Of a stretch of DNA of 64,000 bases, positions 27,270 through 37,168 are shown piece after piece. A model generated the notes under the pieces. It made no database searches and was not told the origin of the DNA. It saw only the letters and a program-made list of their open reading frames with translations. Both the position numbers and the translations under genes were made by a program. The DNA comes from Acidobacteriota bacterium (GTDB lineage Bacteria; Acidobacteriota; Vicinamibacteria; Fen-336), in the NCBI GenBank assembly GCA_003223555.1, contig QHVM01000082.1, positions 163,762 through 227,761 on the forward strand, written 5' to 3'. Each line of letters starts with the position of its first letter. Within the stretch, counting starts at the first letter, position 1.

Positions 27270-28882
27270 TGAAGAGGGCCATCGACCTGCTCGCTCCCCT
27301 CGGCCTGGCCGTCATCGTCGGGTCCGAGGCGTGGCAGCGCTCCGGCCACGCGCTGCCCGGCAAGCCCGACGCCTACCTCATCGCGGGGGCCGCCCTGATC
27401 CTCGCCCACCTGCTGCTGCGCTGGGAGGACGTCTCGAAACGGGTGGGCCGCCGGCAGATGAAGTACGGGGCCAACACCGCCGTGCTGGTGGTGGCCGTCG
27501 TCGGCATCCTCGGCTTCGTCAACTACCTCGTCTACCGCCACACCAAGCGGTGGGACCTCACGAAGAACAAGCGTTACAGCCTCTCCGACCAGACGAAGAA
27601 GGTGCTGGCCGGGCTCAAGGAGGACGTCAAGATCACCTACTTCCAGCGCTCGGCGGAGAGGACGGCGGCCCAGGACCGCATGAAGGAGTATCAGGCCGCT
27701 TCCCCGAGGGTGAAGGTCGAGTTCGTGGACCCGGTGGCGAGCCCGGCCAAGGCCCAGGCCTACGAGGTGCGCGGCCCGTGGCCGATCCTGGTGGTGGAGC
27801 GGGGCGGCAAGCGCGAGAAGGCCACCAACGATTCCGAGCAGGACCTCACCAACGCCTTCATCAAGGTGACCCGCGAGAAGAAGAAGACGGTCTGCTTCGT
27901 GGAGGGCGAGGGCGAGCGGGACATGGACGACGGCGCCGACGGCGGCTTCTCGGCCGTCAAGACCGCCCTCGGCAAGAGCCAGTACGAGACGAAGAAGGTG
28001 CTGCTGGCCCGCGAGCCCGCCGTCCCCGCCGACTGCACGGTGATGGTGGTGGCCGGGCCCCAGCGCGACCTGCTGCCGACCGAGATCGACGCCCTGCGCC
28101 GCTACGCGAAGGGCGGCGGGAAACTGCTCGTGATGTCGGAGCCGGAGGTGAAGTTCCCCACGCCCAACCTGGACGCGCTGGCCAAGGAGTTCAACATCGA
28201 GCTCAGCAAGGACATCGTGGTGGACGTCTCCCCGGTGGGGCAGATCTTCGGGACGGGGGCCCTCACGCCCATCGCCGCCTCGTATCCCTTCCACGAGATC
28301 ACCAAGGACTTCCGGGTCATGACGGTCTTCCATACCGCGCGGAGCGCCGAGGCCGGCAAGGGCACCGTGGAGGGCGTGACCGTGCAGAACCTCCTCCAGA
28401 CCTCTCCCGCGTCGTGGGCGGAGACCGACCTCACCCTGAAGGAGCCGGTGGAGATGAACGAGGGCAAGGACCGCAAGGGACCGATCTCTCTCGGCGCGGT
28501 GGCCACCGTCAAGGCCAGCCCTCCGGCCCCACCGGCGCCGGCCTCGCCGCCCTCTTCGCCGTCGCCCGCCGCGTCGGTGTCTCCTTCCCCCGCCGAGGAG
28601 CCGCCGGCGCCCGCCGAGGGCCGGGTGGTCGTCCTCGGCGACAGCGACTTCGCCACCAACGCGCTGCTCGGCTTCCAGGGCAACCAGGACTTCTTCCTCA
28701 ACACGGTGGCCTGGCTGGCCCAGGACGTCGACCTCATCTCCATCCGGGCCAAGGAACCCGAGGACCAGCGGCTGTTCGTCACCCGGCAGCAGCAGCAGAA
28801 CGTGCTTCTCGTCTCGCTGCTCCTCGTGCCGGGCGCTTTCGTGGTCATGGGCATCGCCGCCTGGTGGAAGCGCCGCGGATGA
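27266..28882 (+). CDS. GldG-like ABC-transport auxiliary component (large periplasmic protein with N- and C-terminal TM anchors)
   Basis: Begins MMKRAIDLLAPLGLAVIVG…; the C-terminal TM is LLVSLLLVPGAFVVMGIAAWWKRRG. Architecture matches GldG/ABC_transp_aux. The upstream part of ORF 26519..28882 is an alternative-frame artefact. Confidence 0.7.
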   Translation: MMKRAIDLLAPLGLAVIVGSEAWQRSGHALPGKPDAYLIAGAALILAHLLLRWEDVSKRVGRRQMKYGANTAVLVVAVVGILGFVNYLVYRHTKRWDLTKNKRYSLSDQTKKVLAGLKEDVKITYFQRSAERTAAQDRMKEYQAASPRVKVEFVDPVASPAKAQAYEVRGPWPILVVERGGKREKATNDSEQDLTNAFIKVTREKKKTVCFVEGEGERDMDDGADGGFSAVKTALGKSQYETKKVLLAREPAVPADCTVMVVAGPQRDLLPTEIDALRRYAKGGGKLLVMSEPEVKFPTPNLDALAKEFNIELSKDIVVDVSPVGQIFGTGALTPIAASYPFHEITKDFRVMTVFHTARSAEAGKGTVEGVTVQNLLQTSPASWAETDLTLKEPVEMNEGKDRKGPISLGAVATVKASPPAPPAPASPPSSPSPAASVSPSPAEEPPAPAEGRVVVLGDSDFATNALLGFQGNQDFFLNTVAWLAQDVDLISIRAKEPEDQRLFVTRQQQQNVLLVSLLLVPGAFVVMGIAAWWKRRG

Positions 28883-30231
28883 AGCTGCCCGATTTCTGGA
28901 AGACCTACGCGGTCCTGGCCGTGCTGGGCGGCCTGGGAGCCTACGTCTACTTCGTCGAGTCCAAGAAGGAGGGGAAGCCGGAGAAGTCGAAGGAGAAGGT
29001 CGTCAGCCTCGACAAGGCAAAGGTCAAGGAGCTGAGCCTGGCTGGAGCGGGCAAGGAAGAGGTGAAGCTCGTCAAGGACGGGACGAGCTGGCGCCTCACC
29101 GCTCCCCAGGCCGCCCCCGCCGACGCGCAGGAGGCCGAGTCGGTGCTCTCCAGCCTGGAGGGGCTGGAGATCGACGAGGTCGTCTCGGAGACGCCGGGCA
29201 AGCTCTCCGAGTTCGGCCTCGACCCTCCGAAGACGAAGGTGACCGTCGTCCAGCAGGGTGGTCCCGCCCAGGAGGTGCTCTTCGGCAACAAGACGCCGGA
29301 CGAAGGCTCGGTCTACGCCAAGCAGCCGAACCGGCCGCGCGTGTTCACGGTGGCCGCCTACAGCGCGAACACGTTCGACAAGAAGCCGTTCGACCTGCGC
29401 GACCGCGACCTCCTGCACGTCCAGCGCGACGCGGTGCGGAAGCTGGAGGTCACGGGCCCCGACGGCGGCTACGCCCTCGCCCGCGACGAGCGAGGCGAAT
29501 GGGGATTCACCGCGCCGCTCGCCACCCGGGCCGGACGGTGGTCGGTCGACGGCCTGCTCGGCAACGTGGAGACGCTGCGCATGGAATCGGTGGCGGCCGA
29601 GGAGCCCGGCGACCTCAAGCCCTACGGCCTCGACAAGCCGGCGCGCGTCGTGAGGCTCGGCCTCGCCGACGGCAACACGAAGACGCTGGAGATCGGCGGG
29701 GCCACCGGGGACAAGAAGCACTACGCCCGCGCGGGCGGGCGGAGCCTGGTGGCGGTGATCCCCGACGCGATCGTCGACGAGCTGGGCAAGGGCAAGGACG
29801 CGCTGCGGGCCAAGCGGCTGCTCGAGGTGTCGAGCTTCGACGTGGAGGGCTTCAACGTCGAGGCCGGCGGCGCGAAGAAGGCCTACGGCCGCACGGCGTC
29901 GAAGGACAAGGACGGCGTCGAGACGTCCAAGTGGAAGCGCACGGTCCCCGACGGCAAGGACCTCGACACCACCAAGGTCCAGGACGCTCTGTTCCTCGTC
30001 GGCGGGGTGGAGGTGCAGGAGTTCCTGGACAAGCCCGCGGGCGCCGAGACCTACGGCCTCGACCACCCTGCCCTGAAGGTGACGATCCGGGAGAAGGACA
30101 AGCCCGAGAGCTTCTTCGAGGTGGGGGAGAAGGGGGGGGCCTACTACGCGCGGCGCGCCGGAGACGAGGCCGTCCTGAAGCTCGACGCGACCAAGGCCGC
30201 CGACCTCGTCAAGAAGTTCTCCGAGCTTTGA
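28879..30231 (+). CDS. DUF4340-like protein (signal-anchor plus repetitive beta-rich periplasmic domain), typical fourth gene of GldA/F/G-type clusters
   Basis: MKLPDFWKTYAVLAVLGGLGAYVYFV… ATGA overlap with the preceding gene. Family call by architecture and context. Confidence 0.55.
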   Translation: MKLPDFWKTYAVLAVLGGLGAYVYFVESKKEGKPEKSKEKVVSLDKAKVKELSLAGAGKEEVKLVKDGTSWRLTAPQAAPADAQEAESVLSSLEGLEIDEVVSETPGKLSEFGLDPPKTKVTVVQQGGPAQEVLFGNKTPDEGSVYAKQPNRPRVFTVAAYSANTFDKKPFDLRDRDLLHVQRDAVRKLEVTGPDGGYALARDERGEWGFTAPLATRAGRWSVDGLLGNVETLRMESVAAEEPGDLKPYGLDKPARVVRLGLADGNTKTLEIGGATGDKKHYARAGGRSLVAVIPDAIVDELGKGKDALRAKRLLEVSSFDVEGFNVEAGGAKKAYGRTASKDKDGVETSKWKRTVPDGKDLDTTKVQDALFLVGGVEVQEFLDKPAGAETYGLDHPALKVTIREKDKPESFFEVGEKGGAYYARRAGDEAVLKLDATKAADLVKKFSEL

Positions 30232-30412
30232 TGAAGCAGTTGGCCGGGCGCGCGGTGTCCACTCCGCGCGCTCCGTCCTGATCGACCGCGGTCAGAGGAC
30301 GGCGCGGTCGATATCGGATCCATCAACGAGTCGCGCGCTCCGGGACACGCGCGCCTTCGTTGCACTTGTTCTTGCTTCTCTGCGTTCCTCGGCGGCCTCT
30401 GCGTTTAATTCG

Positions 30413-30850
30413 TTAGCGATTTGGTGAGGGCGGCGGGAGGGCTAGCGTACGGACGAAGAGGACCACCTTCCAGCGGTCCTCATCGGCGGGGATCTCCCGC
30501 TTGTAGGCCGGCATGATCACGTCCGCGCCGTCCCGCAGCCCGGTCGAGACCTTCCAGAAGATCTCGCCGTCGGTCAGCTTGGCCTGCTTGGCCGGGTTCG
30601 TCAGGTCCTCGGGCGGCTTGACGCCGTAGCGGCCGGAGGGGCCGTCGCCCTTGCCCTTCTCCCCGTGGCACCGCTGGCAGTTCTTGCGGTAGAGGAAGCG
30701 GCCCTTCTGCAGCGCGTCGGCCGAGACGGCGATCGGATTGAGGCGGGTCCGCTCCTCGGGCGGGGCCACCCAGTCCTGGGCCGCCAGCGGCAGGACGGCC
30801 GAGCAGGCCGCGGCCACGGCCAGCGATCCCCAACGGCCGGCGCCGCTCAC
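30413..30850 (-). CDS. Class I c-type cytochrome (monohaem, CxxCH)
   Basis: Signal peptide, CQRCHG haem-binding motif, and a distal Met (IMPAYK). Confidence 0.8.
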   Translation of the reverse strand: MSGAGRWGSLAVAAACSAVLPLAAQDWVAPPEERTRLNPIAVSADALQKGRFLYRKNCQRCHGEKGKGDGPSGRYGVKPPEDLTNPAKQAKLTDGEIFWKVSTGLRDGADVIMPAYKREIPADEDRWKVVLFVRTLALPPPSPNR

Positions 30851-31512
30851 GGCTTCGGCGTGGCCTGGGGGCCGGGCGACGCCCGCCGGGCCGGGGTCCG
30901 GGTCGAGCGCGAGGCCGAGGGCTTCGCGGCCGCCGGCCTGGCCGCGGCGCCTTCGACGCGCGCGCTCTTGATCACGACCGGGGTGACCGGCACGTTTTCA
31001 TAGGGCCCCTTGGTGGTCGTGGACACGGCCACGATCCGGTCCACGACGTCCATGCCCTCCAAGACCTGGCCGAAGACGGCATATCCGGCGCCGCGGATGC
31101 CGAAGTCCAGGGAGGGGTTGTCCTTCACGTTGATGAAGAACTGCGCGGTCGCGCTGTTGGGATCGCTCGTGCGGGCCATGGCGATCGTGCCGCGCAGGTT
31201 GCGCAGTCCGTTGCGCGACTCGTTGCGGATGGGAGGGCTGGTGGGCTTCTCCTTCAGCTCGGCGTTCATGCCCCCGCCCTGGATCATGAAGCCCGGTATG
31301 ACACGGTGGAAGACCGTGCCCGCATAGTGTCCGGCCCGCACGTACTTCAGGAAGTTGGCGACCGAGATGGGCGCCTTCGCCTGGTCGAGGGCGACCCGGA
31401 TCCGGCCCAGGCTCGTCTCCAGCACCACCACGGGTCCGGCGGGTGCGGAGGGGCTGGGGGAGGGGGAGGCAGCGGCCTGGGCGAGCAGAAGCGCGGCAGT
31501 CGTCAAGAGCAT
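30847..31512 (-). CDS. ppiA: Peptidyl-prolyl cis-trans isomerase, cyclophilin type (periplasmic)
   Basis: [14 protein letters not shown]…GTIAMAR…QFFIN…[13 protein letters not shown] are cyclophilin signatures. Signal peptide present. Confidence 0.85.
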   Translation of the reverse strand: MLLTTAALLLAQAAASPSPSPSAPAGPVVVLETSLGRIRVALDQAKAPISVANFLKYVRAGHYAGTVFHRVIPGFMIQGGGMNAELKEKPTSPPIRNESRNGLRNLRGTIAMARTSDPNSATAQFFINVKDNPSLDFGIRGAGYAVFGQVLEGMDVVDRIVAVSTTTKGPYENVPVTPVVIKSARVEGAAARPAAAKPSASRSTRTPARRASPGPQATPKP

Positions 31513-31584
31513 GCGGGAATTCTACCAAGGTTGATCCGGTCCGGGCCCGGGCCTTAGAATGCCAGGGTTGCCTTCCTGAGCGGC

Positions 31585-33003
31585 ATGGTCCTCTTCAACT
31601 ACTCCACGAAGGAGCTGACGGCCAAGGTCGTGTATTACGGCCCCGGCCTCTGCGGCAAGACCACGAACCTCCAGTGGATCCACGAGAAACTCCCCATCAA
31701 GAACAAGGGGAAGATGCTGTCGCTCGCCACCGAGGCCGACCGGACGCTGTTCTTCGACTTCCTGCCCATCGAGCTGGGCACGATCCGCGGCATGAAGACC
31801 CGGATCCAGCTCTACACCGTGCCCGGCCAGGTCTTCTACAACGCCACCCGGCGGATGGTGCTGAAGGGGGCCGACTGCGTGGTGTTCGTGGCCGACAGCC
31901 AGGAGCCGATGCTGGACGCGAACCTGGACTCGGTGGCCAACCTCAAGGAGAACCTGGAGGCCAACGAGATCGACGCCGACGAGATCCCGACCGTCCTGCA
32001 GTACAACAAGCGTGACCTGCCCAACGCGCTGCCCATCGAGATCCTGAACGAGAAGCTGAACCCGAAGGGGCTGCCCTACTTCGAGGCGGTGGCCATGAAG
32101 GGCATCGGCGTCGAGGAGACGCTGAAGGGGGCGACGACTCTGGTCTTCCGCACCCTCGCCACCAAGTACGGCGGCGCCGAAGGACCGGCCGCCTCAGCCA
32201 CGGCCACCGCTCCCGTCAAGCCGGCCGCGGCGGCCGCCCCGGCCTCCTCGGTGCCCTCGGCCGGCCCGGCCTCGGCCGTCTCCGCGTCCCCGGCATCGGC
32301 CCGCGGGCCGGTCTCGACGCTGCCGCCGGGCGCCCGGGCCGCGGCGGTGACCGGGGATGCGGACATCGAGCTGGAGCTGCCGGCCGGCATGGAAGGCGAG
32401 GAGATCCAGCTGCCGACCAGCGAGGCCGAGGAGATCTCGCTGACGGTGGACGAGGAGCCGGTCCTGATGGCGGCGGCCGAGACGACCGCTCCTCGCGTCG
32501 ACACCAAGAGCACGCTGGTGCGCGGGGCGAACGATGCGGCGGACCTGCGCCGGCGGATCAGCCAGCCGATCGTGGAGCCGGAGCTGAGCCTGGAGGCGAT
32601 CGACGAGGAGGAGGCGGAGATCGAGGAGATCAGCCTGGAGAGCCCGCCGCCCCGCTCCGCTCCCCCGCGCCCGCCAATCCGCCCGGCGGTCGCGCCCGCG
32701 GCCGTCGCCGCACCCCCGGTGCGGCCGGTGGCGGTCGCCCCGACGCGCCCGGCGCCGGCGGTCCCCACGCCTCGCTCCGCACCGGCACCCCCTCCGCGCG
32801 GACCGGTCCCTCGTCCTGCACCCGCCGCTTCCTCTGCGGTGTCGGCGTCGTCCTCCATCTCCACGGCCCCGGTGTCGGTGCAGCTCAGCGGCGCGCCGGG
32901 GCAGACCGACATCTCGATCCCGGTGGAGGTCATCCTGAACAACGGCACCGCCCAGGTGAACATCCACCTGCGCCTGACGCTGAACCTCAAGCTCCAGGAG
33001 TAG
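31585..33003 (+). CDS. MglA/SofG-family Ras-like small GTPase with ~280-aa low-complexity (Ala/Pro/Ser/Glu-rich) C-terminal extension
   Basis: The first ~195 aa are near-identical in pattern to M. xanthus MglA (YYGPGLCGKTTNL, TIRGMKTRIQLYTVPGQ, QYNKRDL). The remainder is disordered and ends in a short beta-like segment. No mglB-like neighbour. Confidence 0.8.
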   Translation: MVLFNYSTKELTAKVVYYGPGLCGKTTNLQWIHEKLPIKNKGKMLSLATEADRTLFFDFLPIELGTIRGMKTRIQLYTVPGQVFYNATRRMVLKGADCVVFVADSQEPMLDANLDSVANLKENLEANEIDADEIPTVLQYNKRDLPNALPIEILNEKLNPKGLPYFEAVAMKGIGVEETLKGATTLVFRTLATKYGGAEGPAASATATAPVKPAAAAAPASSVPSAGPASAVSASPASARGPVSTLPPGARAAAVTGDADIELELPAGMEGEEIQLPTSEAEEISLTVDEEPVLMAAAETTAPRVDTKSTLVRGANDAADLRRRISQPIVEPELSLEAIDEEEAEIEEISLESPPPRSAPPRPPIRPAVAPAAVAAPPVRPVAVAPTRPAPAVPTPRSAPAPPPRGPVPRPAPAASSAVSASSSISTAPVSVQLSGAPGQTDISIPVEVILNNGTAQVNIHLRLTLNLKLQE

Positions 33004-33167
33004 CCGGGAACAGCTCCGGCGCCCGGCTCCTGGTCTTTTGACGCAGAGGTCGCAGAGAACAGAAAGAGGCCGCGGAGAACAGATAGGGGTCTCTTTCCAG
33101 CGCCGAGCCGGCGTTTTCTTTCCCCTCTGCGTCCTCTGCGTTAAAGAGCCGGTCGGGCCGGGGCGGG

Positions 33168-34073
33168 CTACTCCGCGGCGGGGATGGCCATGAGCGCGCT
33201 GCGCTGGACGTCCTGGTAGCGCACCGCGGCGACGTCGAAGGCCTCGATGGCGGCGAGCAGCTTCTCGAAGGTCGCGTCGAAGGAGGGCAGCGTCTTCCGG
33301 GCCCGGGACAGCGGCGTCGTGCGGGCGAGCACGTAGTTCTTCACGAACGGATGCCGGATGCCGCGCTTCTTGAGCTCGGCGACGACCCGGCCCAGGGCCT
33401 CGTCCGCCGCCCGCACCGCCTCCGCCCTCGCCTCGCGCTGGGGCAGCGTCTTGGCGAAGGTCCCGGGCAGGAAGGCATCCACCCGGCGCAGGATGGGCGC
33501 GAAGGCTCCCCCGGCGAAGCGCTTGTTGGCCTCGTAGAGCAGCCCGAGAGTGATGAGGTGGGCCGCCTCGAACTGGAAGGCATAGTCCTGCTCGCCCTTC
33601 CTGGGCTCGGCCTCGAGCAGGCCGCGGTACATCCGGATCACCTCCAGCGACTTCTCCTTGAGGTTGTGGGCCTTCTCGGTATTGAGGGCCAGGATCTGGA
33701 AGGCGACCTCGGTCTCGGGGATCACGATCGCCGGCACCCAGTCCGCCTTCAGCTTCTGGAGGGCCTTCAATCGGTGGTGGCCGTTCGGCGTCCAGTACAC
33801 CCCGGGCTGCGGCGAGACGAGCACGATCGGGTCCACGAAGCGGTCGATCTTCTTGACCATCTCCTGCAGCCGCTTGGCGTGGGTGGGAGAGAGGTCGCGC
33901 TGGTAGGGGGTGGGGGCGACCTTGTCGATGGGCAGGAGCGCGAAGAGCTGCCAATGGCCGCCCACGGGCTCGCGGTAGGCGGCCAGCGGCCGGCCGCCGT
34001 CGGCCTGGACCTGGGCGGCCAGCGCCGCGACGGCCGGCGCCGGCCGCTCGTCGGGATGCACGGCGAGAGCCAT
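33168..34073 (-). CDS. ParB/sulfiredoxin-like N-terminal domain protein (ParB-like nuclease domain family)
   Basis: VLVSPQPGVYWTPNGHHRLKALQKL is a ParB/Srx-fold motif. Start chosen at MALAVHPDE (34073); the longer ORF N-terminus is low complexity. Confidence 0.55.
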   Translation of the reverse strand: MALAVHPDERPAPAVAALAAQVQADGGRPLAAYREPVGGHWQLFALLPIDKVAPTPYQRDLSPTHAKRLQEMVKKIDRFVDPIVLVSPQPGVYWTPNGHHRLKALQKLKADWVPAIVIPETEVAFQILALNTEKAHNLKEKSLEVIRMYRGLLEAEPRKGEQDYAFQFEAAHLITLGLLYEANKRFAGGAFAPILRRVDAFLPGTFAKTLPQREARAEAVRAADEALGRVVAELKKRGIRHPFVKNYVLARTTPLSRARKTLPSFDATFEKLLAAIEAFDVAAVRYQDVQRSALMAIPAAE

Positions 34074-34137
34074 CGAGCGCGCTCCGGAGGAAAAGCTTAG
34101 CAGGCTTTGCCGCGGCGGAAGGTAGAATCGCCACGAC

Positions 34138-36921
34138 ATGAGGGTCACGCGGCTCCGCGACTTCGGCGTCGTCCGCTCTCTTCTCGTCCTCTGCGCGCTC
34201 TGCCTCGTCGCCGTCGTCCCCCTCCACGCCCAGCTCACGCCGATCCCGCAGGCCCAGGGAGGAGCGGGCCTGGGCCTCGCCCTTCGGCGGCTCGGGGTGA
34301 CCGGACGCGTCCTCTACGTCACGGCCCATCCCGACGACGAGCACAATGGCGTCCTCGTCGCGCTCTCCCGCGGCCGCGGGATCCGCACCGGCCTGCTGAC
34401 CCTGACCCGGGGCGACGGCGGCCAGAACGCGATCGGCCCCGAGCTGTTCGAGGCCCTGGGCGTCCTCCGCACGGAGGAGCTCGCCACGCTGCACCGCTAC
34501 GATGGCGTCGAGCAGTACTTCTCGCTCGCCTACGAGTTCGGTTACTCGTTCAGCGTCGACGAGACCTTCCGCAAGTGGGGCCACGACGAGACCCTCGGCG
34601 ACGTGGTGCAGCGGATCCGGGCCTTCGAGCCCGACGTGATCCTGACCCTTTCCCTCGAGTCGAAGGGCGGCGGACAGCACCACCAGGCCTCGGCCCGGCT
34701 GGCCGTGGAGGCGTTCCGGGCCGCCGCCGATCCGGCGCGCTACCCGGAGCAGGTCCGTTCGGGGCTGTCTCCCTGGCAGGCGCGCAAGATCTACCAGGGT
34801 GGCGTCGGGGGCGGGCGCGAGCCGATCGCCGGGCCGCCTCCGGTCACGGTGCCGACGGGCGTGTACGATCCCCTGCTCGGGATGTCGTGGCAGGAGCTGG
34901 GGAGCATCGCCCGCGCGTCGCACCGCTGCCAGGGGGCGAGCCAGCTCAAGGCCGAGCCCGGCCCCGGTGAAGGCGTCTACTACCTCGTCGACAGCGCACC
35001 CGCCGTGACGGCCAAGGAGAGCGACATCCTGGACGGCATCGACGTGTCCCTCAAGGGGCTGCGACGCTTCGTGGCCGGACAGGAGGCCAGCGTGCCGTTC
35101 CTCGACGGCGATCTGGACCTCCTCCAGCGCCGCATCGACGACGTCCACGCCACCTTCGACGTCCAGGCGCCCGAGAAGACGCTGCCCCCGCTGCGGATCG
35201 CGGTGGACGGCCTGCGTGCGCTGCGCCGCCGGGTGGACCAGAGCGGGCTCGACGGGCCGGCCCGCCGGCGCATGACCGACCGGCTGGCCGACGAGGAGGC
35301 CGCCGCCGCCGCCGCGCTGGAGCTGGCCCAGGGCCTCTCCTTCGAGGTGCGGGCCGAAGACGGCCAGGTCGTGCCCGGCCAGACCTTCGGCGTGACGGCG
35401 CGGGTCTTCAACCAGGGGCCGGTCCCGCTCGCCGTCGACGGCCTCGCGCTGCGGGTCCCCGAAGGCTGGTCGGCCCGGAACGTCTCCGGAGGGCCGAAGG
35501 AGCTGGGGGCCTGGCACGGGCTGGAGGTGAAGTTCGCGGTTACCGCCTCGGACAGCGCCCGGCCCTCCCAGCCCTACTGGCACCGCCGCAACGGCCGCGA
35601 CCGCTACGAGGTGGACGATCCCCGGCTCACGGGGCTGCCGTGGGCTCCGCCCGACGTGGTGGCCGAGCTCGACTGGCGCACGGGCGGCGCCGCCGCCCGC
35701 ACGCGCGCTCCCGCCCTCTGGCGCTACGAAGGGCCGTGGGTGGGAGGCGAGAAGCAGAAGGTCGTGAACGTCGTGCCCCTGCTCTCCGTCCGCCTGGCCC
35801 CCGACGTCGCGGTCGCGCCGCTCTCCGCCTCCGGCGCGCGCAAGGAGTTCCGCGTCGGTGTGCTGAACGGCGCTTCCGGCCCCGCCTCCGCGACGGTGCG
35901 GCTGGAGGTTCCCCGGGGCTGGCGAGCCGAGCCGGCCGAGACTCCGCTGAGCTTCCGCTTCGAGGGCGAGGAGATCGCGGCGCGCTTCTTCGTCAGCCCT
36001 CCCGCCGCGCTGGAGGCCGGAAACTACGAGGTCCGGGCGGTCGCCTCCGCCGGCGGCCGGGAATATCGCGAGGGCTACCAGGTGATCGCCTACGACCACG
36101 TGCAGGAGCGCCACCTCTTCCATCCCGCCTCCGCCCGCGTGGAAGCCTTCGACGTGCGGGTCGCCCCCGGCGTATCGGTTGGATACGTGATGGGGTCCGG
36201 AGACGACGTGCCGGAGGCCCTGCGCCAGATCGGCGTCCCGGTCACGATGCTGGGTGTGGACGAGCTGGCCTACGGCGACCTCTCGCGCTACACGACGATC
36301 GTCCTCGGCATCCGCGCGTACGGCGCGCGGCCCGACCTGCGCTCGTACCAGCAGCGCCTGATGGACTACGTGCGCGGCGGCGGCCACCTCGTCGTCCAGT
36401 ACAACCGGGCCGACTTCAACGTCCTGGCCGCCCCGGCGCGGCGCACCGGACCGGCCGGGGGAGGGGAGGCCCTGCCCGAGAGCCCCTTCGCGCCCTACCC
36501 CGCCTCGATCGCCGTCATCCGCATCGTGGACGACAGCTCGCGCACGCCGGACGGCAAGCCCCGCGTGATCGAGGAGACGGCGCGGATCACCGACGAGGAC
36601 GCGCCCGTCACCGTGCTGGTGCCCGCCGACCCGGTCTTCACCACTCCCAACCGGATCGGCCCCGGGGACTGGCAGGGCTGGGTGCAGGAGCGCGGCACCT
36701 ATTTCCTGGACGCCCGCGATCCGCGCTACGTCGACCTGGTCTCGATGACCGACCCGTTTCCGCTGAACCCGGGCGTGAGGAAGGGAGCGCTCGTCGAGGC
36801 GCCGGTCGGCCAGGGGACATGGACCTACGTGGGGCTGGGTCTGTTCCGCCAGGTCACGGCCGGGACCCCGGGGGCTTACAGGCTGCTGGCCAACCTCGTC
36901 AGCCGACCGGCGGGTCGGTAG
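34138..36921 (+). CDS. Large secreted PIG-L/LmbE-family deacetylase domain protein (927 aa) with extended C-terminal beta-rich domains
   Basis: Signal peptide, then VTAHPDDEHNGVLVALSRGRGIRTGLLTLTRGDGGQN (HPDDE zinc-binding motif of PIG-L). Confidence 0.7.
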   Translation: MRVTRLRDFGVVRSLLVLCALCLVAVVPLHAQLTPIPQAQGGAGLGLALRRLGVTGRVLYVTAHPDDEHNGVLVALSRGRGIRTGLLTLTRGDGGQNAIGPELFEALGVLRTEELATLHRYDGVEQYFSLAYEFGYSFSVDETFRKWGHDETLGDVVQRIRAFEPDVILTLSLESKGGGQHHQASARLAVEAFRAAADPARYPEQVRSGLSPWQARKIYQGGVGGGREPIAGPPPVTVPTGVYDPLLGMSWQELGSIARASHRCQGASQLKAEPGPGEGVYYLVDSAPAVTAKESDILDGIDVSLKGLRRFVAGQEASVPFLDGDLDLLQRRIDDVHATFDVQAPEKTLPPLRIAVDGLRALRRRVDQSGLDGPARRRMTDRLADEEAAAAAALELAQGLSFEVRAEDGQVVPGQTFGVTARVFNQGPVPLAVDGLALRVPEGWSARNVSGGPKELGAWHGLEVKFAVTASDSARPSQPYWHRRNGRDRYEVDDPRLTGLPWAPPDVVAELDWRTGGAAARTRAPALWRYEGPWVGGEKQKVVNVVPLLSVRLAPDVAVAPLSASGARKEFRVGVLNGASGPASATVRLEVPRGWRAEPAETPLSFRFEGEEIAARFFVSPPAALEAGNYEVRAVASAGGREYREGYQVIAYDHVQERHLFHPASARVEAFDVRVAPGVSVGYVMGSGDDVPEALRQIGVPVTMLGVDELAYGDLSRYTTIVLGIRAYGARPDLRSYQQRLMDYVRGGGHLVVQYNRADFNVLAAPARRTGPAGGGEALPESPFAPYPASIAVIRIVDDSSRTPDGKPRVIEETARITDEDAPVTVLVPADPVFTTPNRIGPGDWQGWVQERGTYFLDARDPRYVDLVSMTDPFPLNPGVRKGALVEAPVGQGTWTYVGLGLFRQVTAGTPGAYRLLANLVSRPAGR

Positions 36922-37168
36922 CGGCATGCGCCTTGCAGATTCCCACCGCGAAGGGACCGCGTCCTCCTCATCCGACGGACACGGCTGGTTCACGGTGGCT
37001 GAAGTCTCCTTCGTGCTCAACGAGCTGCGCGATCGTTGGAGCCGGGAGTTTCCCCCGTTGTCAGTCGACACCCCGCCGATGGCGGTGGGGCTGACCATGA
37101 CTCGCTCGCTCCGGCGTGACGTCCGGCCTGAGGCGGCCGGCGTGACCCGGCCAATCAGGAGGTAGTCG

